Shown: piece after piece, positions 60,903 through 64,000 of the stretch
How positions within the stretch are numbered: the stretch's first letter is position 1
How the letters are laid out: each line of letters begins with the position of its first letter
Origin: Methanobacteriota archaeon
Lineage (GTDB): Archaea; Thermoplasmatota; E2; DHVEG-1
Direction of reading: 5' to 3'
DNA length: 64,000 nt
NCBI GenBank assembly: GCA_963769885.1
Contig: CAVYNH010000006.1
Coordinates: 1-64,000, forward strand
Notes under the pieces: generated by a model
The model's input: the letters and a program-made list of their open reading frames with translations, nothing else
Database searches by the model: none
Told to the model about the DNA's origin: nothing
Translations under genes and position numbers: made by a program

Positions 60903-62663
60903 TTACCTTAGGTCGAAAAGAGGGAAAAAGGAAGCCATGGCATTCTCCCGTAAGGTAGCGTGGTGTACGCCACGTGCTTCCCATAAAACGGCGAGGAACC
61001 GCAACAGCAATTTCAAGGGGCTGACCATGGGCGGGCCTTGGACGACGACCGTCGGCGTCTTGAGCGTCACTGGGATGAGTCCATAGTCAGAGGCATTATT
61101 CAGGTTCTCCACGCGGACGTAGCCTTCAAAGGCGGCGTTGCTTTGGTTCGGGGCCACGACCGAGACCTGCACGTCTATGCTCCCTGCTGCCGGCGTCAAC
61201 CCCATCCCAGACGAGGGCGTGATCGTCCACGTTCCCCACGTGAGCAGGGAGGTGTTCACGGACCAGTTCAGCAGCGAGCCTGCGCTGCCGGCGTTCCATA
61301 CACTGAAGCTGCCGGTGACGGTCGCGCCTGGATGCACGTCGGACCATGACAGGCTACCGGAGCACTTCAAGTCCGGGTAGACAACGGGAGGTGGTGTGGT
61401 CGCAGGAGGGACCCAGTCGATCTTGTAGATCTCGCCAGCATACGGGATGGTGTACGACCAGACTTGTGTCAAGCTCGGGGTGACTTCGATGACCTTTCTG
61501 GTTTCCCCATTGCAGATCATCGTGTCTCCATCCGGTAGGCGTTCAGCCCCAGAAATGTGGCTGGCGTAAAAGCTGGTTGACGGCGTCGCGGTATAGGTCC
61601 ACGTGAGGCTTGAAGGACCGTAGGCAGCGCCAGGGGCTAAGTAATAGAACCCGGTCGCGTTCACCGCGGGAGTGAACTCGTCGACGGAGGAATAGTGCCG
61701 TGACACGCCGTTGTTGAAGACGAGGATATCGCCTGCGCCCGGACACCCGGAATCAATCCATGTGGCATCATGCTGGCTATTGAACACCGTGGTGCCTGAG
61801 CGGCTGTAGGCCGCTGGGTTCCCCCAGCGGTAGAGCAGGTCGCCGCCGTGGCCGTAGTGGCCGCCGGTGTGGCCCGCCGCCTGCGCGGTGGTGGTGCTGT
61901 GGTCGATGACCCAGACTTCGCCGAAGTTATGGCAGCTGATGAGGATCTGGTCGAACTGTTCGTTGTAGTCGATGGAGTTGCAGTGGAGCCAATCCTGTCC
62001 GGCCGACGTTGCGTAGTTGATGTTGATGAGCTCCGGGTGATCGCTGATTACACCGTAGTTTGGTTTCGACGAGCTTTGGTCTTGGATGAGGTGGTCCCAG
62101 ACGTGCCATTGCCACACGATCGTCCCGCTCGTCGGACCCGTGGGCTGTATCTCAACGAGGTGCTCTGGGCAGAGGCCTTGGGACGGCGCTGATGTCCGTC
62201 CCATCGCGATGGCTTCCGACTGGGTCTTTTTCTCCCAAGCTTCCAGCAGGATGTTGCCGTTGGGTAGCATGCGGACGTCATGATGGGAACAGTATGTGGT
62301 CGTGCTATATTCGTAACTCCAGGTGACGGTTCCGTTCCAGAGGATGATCTGGACGCCGCCGCCTGCTCCTCCAAAGCCCCAGTTGAGGTTCGTCTTGTAG
62401 GTCCGTAAAATGGTGCCGTCGCCAATCCAGCGGACGCCTGCTCCGGGGATGGCAGCACTCGTCCACGTGTGGTTCACGGTGCCGTCACGATCGACGAGGT
62501 AGGTCTTCGTCGAGGCCATGGATGAATACAGAATTTGGCCATCGAGGTCGGGCAGTGGTTGTTGGCCGCGTGAATTGTCTGTCTGGGTCGTGAACAGCCC
62601 AGGGATAGTCGGCGTCAAAAAAAGGAGGGTGCAGCTTACTGCGAGAATAATCGCGGCCTTCAT
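60903..62663 (-). CDS. Secreted aryl-sulfate sulfotransferase (tandem paralog)
   Basis: Same motifs as 59028-60800, with high similarity throughout. Confidence 0.85.
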   Translation of the reverse strand: MKAAIILAVSCTLLFLTPTIPGLFTTQTDNSRGQQPLPDLDGQILYSSMASTKTYLVDRDGTVNHTWTSAAIPGAGVRWIGDGTILRTYKTNLNWGFGGAGGGVQIILWNGTVTWSYEYSTTTYCSHHDVRMLPNGNILLEAWEKKTQSEAIAMGRTSAPSQGLCPEHLVEIQPTGPTSGTIVWQWHVWDHLIQDQSSSKPNYGVISDHPELININYATSAGQDWLHCNSIDYNEQFDQILISCHNFGEVWVIDHSTTTAQAAGHTGGHYGHGGDLLYRWGNPAAYSRSGTTVFNSQHDATWIDSGCPGAGDILVFNNGVSRHYSSVDEFTPAVNATGFYYLAPGAAYGPSSLTWTYTATPSTSFYASHISGAERLPDGDTMICNGETRKVIEVTPSLTQVWSYTIPYAGEIYKIDWVPPATTPPPVVYPDLKCSGSLSWSDVHPGATVTGSFSVWNAGSAGSLLNWSVNTSLLTWGTWTITPSSGMGLTPAAGSIDVQVSVVAPNQSNAAFEGYVRVENLNNASDYGLIPVTLKTPTVVVQGPPMVSPLKLLLRFLAVLWEARGVHHATLRENAMASFFPLFDLR

Positions 62664-62695
62664 AGAACCTTTCCTCCAATTCCTAAGGGGGTGTC

Positions 62696-62715
62696 GGATT
62701 TATATCCTTTTTTCC
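62696..62715 (-). promoter_or_regulatory. BRE/TATA-like promoter
   Basis: 20/20 identical to 60834-60853. Confidence 0.65.
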
Positions 62716-62740
62716 CAATTCGTACCCGACTCTGGTTCAT

Positions 62741-63034
62741 TTATCCCTCCGAAAAGAAGGGGGTCTGTACTTGGCCGAGCCATTGGTGGGACAGGAGACG
62801 GGCAATGAAGGGCAGGAGAAAATCGTGGATCCAGGCTCGCGGTTGAACTGGAGCGTAGACGCCTCTCACCTCACCTGGGGCGCATGGACGTTCACCCCCA
62901 CCTCCGGGCAGAATCTGACCCTCGATACTTCCACTGACATTGTAAGAACCAGAACTCGGCGTCAAGCCCGCCATCACACACGGTACGACAAGAAGTACAG
63001 CGCATGCTACTGGCAGAAGCGTTATCGTCTTCAT
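62741..63034 (-). pseudogene. Collapsed and partly inverted third ASST paralog
   Basis: Signal peptide plus EGQIL on the minus strand; the C-terminal domain piece GSRLNWSVDASHLTWGAWTFTPTSG is on the plus strand. Confidence 0.75.
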
Positions 63035-63331
63035 TATATACTTTCCCCATTTTTTAAAATATAATTCTAATATAAATTATTTTCCCCAATATACTGCCAA
63101 CTCCCCCAGCATCTAGACCCCCATTCGAAAAAAAATTTCACATTAATCCGGCTATATCCCAGGCTCCAGAGGAGACCATTTGACAACTTCACCAAAAACA
63201 ATACCCATACAAGGAGAAAACAGGCCGATACACAGCGTCCTTACCCACGTCGCCCCGGCATCCGTAAAGCCAGGGAAACCATTAAGAAAAACCATGTCTT
63301 CCCCCATATGCGGGAAGGAGAGACCCCACAC

Positions 63332-64000
63332 ATGGCGCTAAAACGGACCCTCACCTACTTCGACATGGTCGCCATCGTCGTCGGCTCCATCGTCGGCGCC
63401 GACATCTACGTCGCCTCCTCTCTCACCGCAAACCTGCTCGGCCCCGCTGCCCTCCTCGTCTGGATCGCCGCCGGCCTCGCCGCCACCGTCATCGCCCTCG
63501 TCTTCGCCTACTGCGCCTACTACGTCCCACGGGTCGGCGGCCCCTTCGCCTTCGTCTCCGCCGCCTTCGACGACTTCTTCGGCTTCCTCACCGGCTGGAG
63601 CATCTGGATCGCCGAAGTCATCTCGCTCCCCGTCTTCGCCATCGCCTTCGTCCAATACCTCCAATACTTCACCGGCGCCCTCACCACCCCAGCACAGATC
63701 CTCATCAAAGCCGCCTTCATCATCGCCCTGACCACCATCAACATCTTCGGGGTCAAAGCCGCCGGACGCGTTAACGACATCCTCACCATCCTCAAACTCC
63801 TCCCCCTCATCCTCCTCATCATCGCCGGCATCGCCTTCATCGCCATGAACCCCTCCACATTCATCGCACACTACATCCCCTTCGCCCCCCTCGGCTTCAG
63901 CCAATTCGGCACCGCCCTCGTCCTCATCTTCTGGGCCTACGTCGGCTTCGAAATGGGCACCTTCCCCTCCACCGAAGTCATCAACCCCCGCAAGACCGTC
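63332..64000 (+). CDS. APC-family amino acid permease, 3' partial
   Basis: LKRTL...VGSIVGADIY, GGPFAF, GFLTGW, FWAYVGFE. Confidence 0.9.
   Translation, partial: MALKRTLTYFDMVAIVVGSIVGADIYVASSLTANLLGPAALLVWIAAGLAATVIALVFAYCAYYVPRVGGPFAFVSAAFDDFFGFLTGWSIWIAEVISLPVFAIAFVQYLQYFTGALTTPAQILIKAAFIIALTTINIFGVKAAGRVNDILTILKLLPLILLIIAGIAFIAMNPSTFIAHYIPFAPLGFSQFGTALVLIFWAYVGFEMGTFPSTEVINPRKTV

Noticed and set aside
36058-63904. Long overlapping or antisense ORFs (e.g. 40954-42240, 46125-47726, 49989-50888, 57632-58984, 63338-63904)
   Set aside because: These are low-complexity shadow frames caused by the extreme C-ending codon bias of the real genes.

Overview
The window appears to join two unrelated sequences near position ~2690. 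Bases 1-~2690 look bacterial (Desulfobacterota/deltaproteobacterial style): a TPR gene, MoaD/ThiS, a 2Fe-2S/NuoG-like subunit, a NuoF-like gene tail, REP/MITE-like palindromes and a sigma-54-type motif. From ~2690 on, the sequence looks archaeal and is inferred to be Thermoplasmatota (DHVEG-1/MBG-D-like) from its C25 gingipain-like peptidases, NosD-type beta-helix proteins, PKD tails, double-domain Lrp regulators and SAMP-like protein. The main finding lies downstream of tRNA-Glu(CTC) (3274-3346): eight degenerate copies of the tRNA 3' end, (AAT)CCCGACGGGAGCA, at ~6547, 12003, 13174, 14230, 15539, 22254, 23332 and 25181. All are intergenic and in the same orientation, and they divide ~22 kb of AT-rich DNA into eight gene cassettes. 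The cargo is OsmC plus a P-type H+-ATPase; pfk-glgP-pyk; a membrane protein plus wHTH regulator; MNT-HEPN; NosD; SBP-HK-RR-Lrp-C25; NosD; and P5C dehydrogenase. No cassette encodes an integrase. Cassettes with different cargo share conserved non-coding left and right arms (two arm families), and several right arms form imperfect hairpins ending in the tRNA core. This suggests a tRNA-anchored, integron-like cassette array mobilised in trans. The rest (25.2-64 kb) is GC-richer DNA with secreted peptidases, transporters, radical SAM enzymes and sulfotransferases. It also contains an IS200-type insertion splitting a gene, an internally rearranged aryl-sulfotransferase remnant, candidate ACG/CTG starts and kb-scale strand-skew domains that ignore gene orientation. 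All product calls come from motif recognition by eye; no database searches were run.
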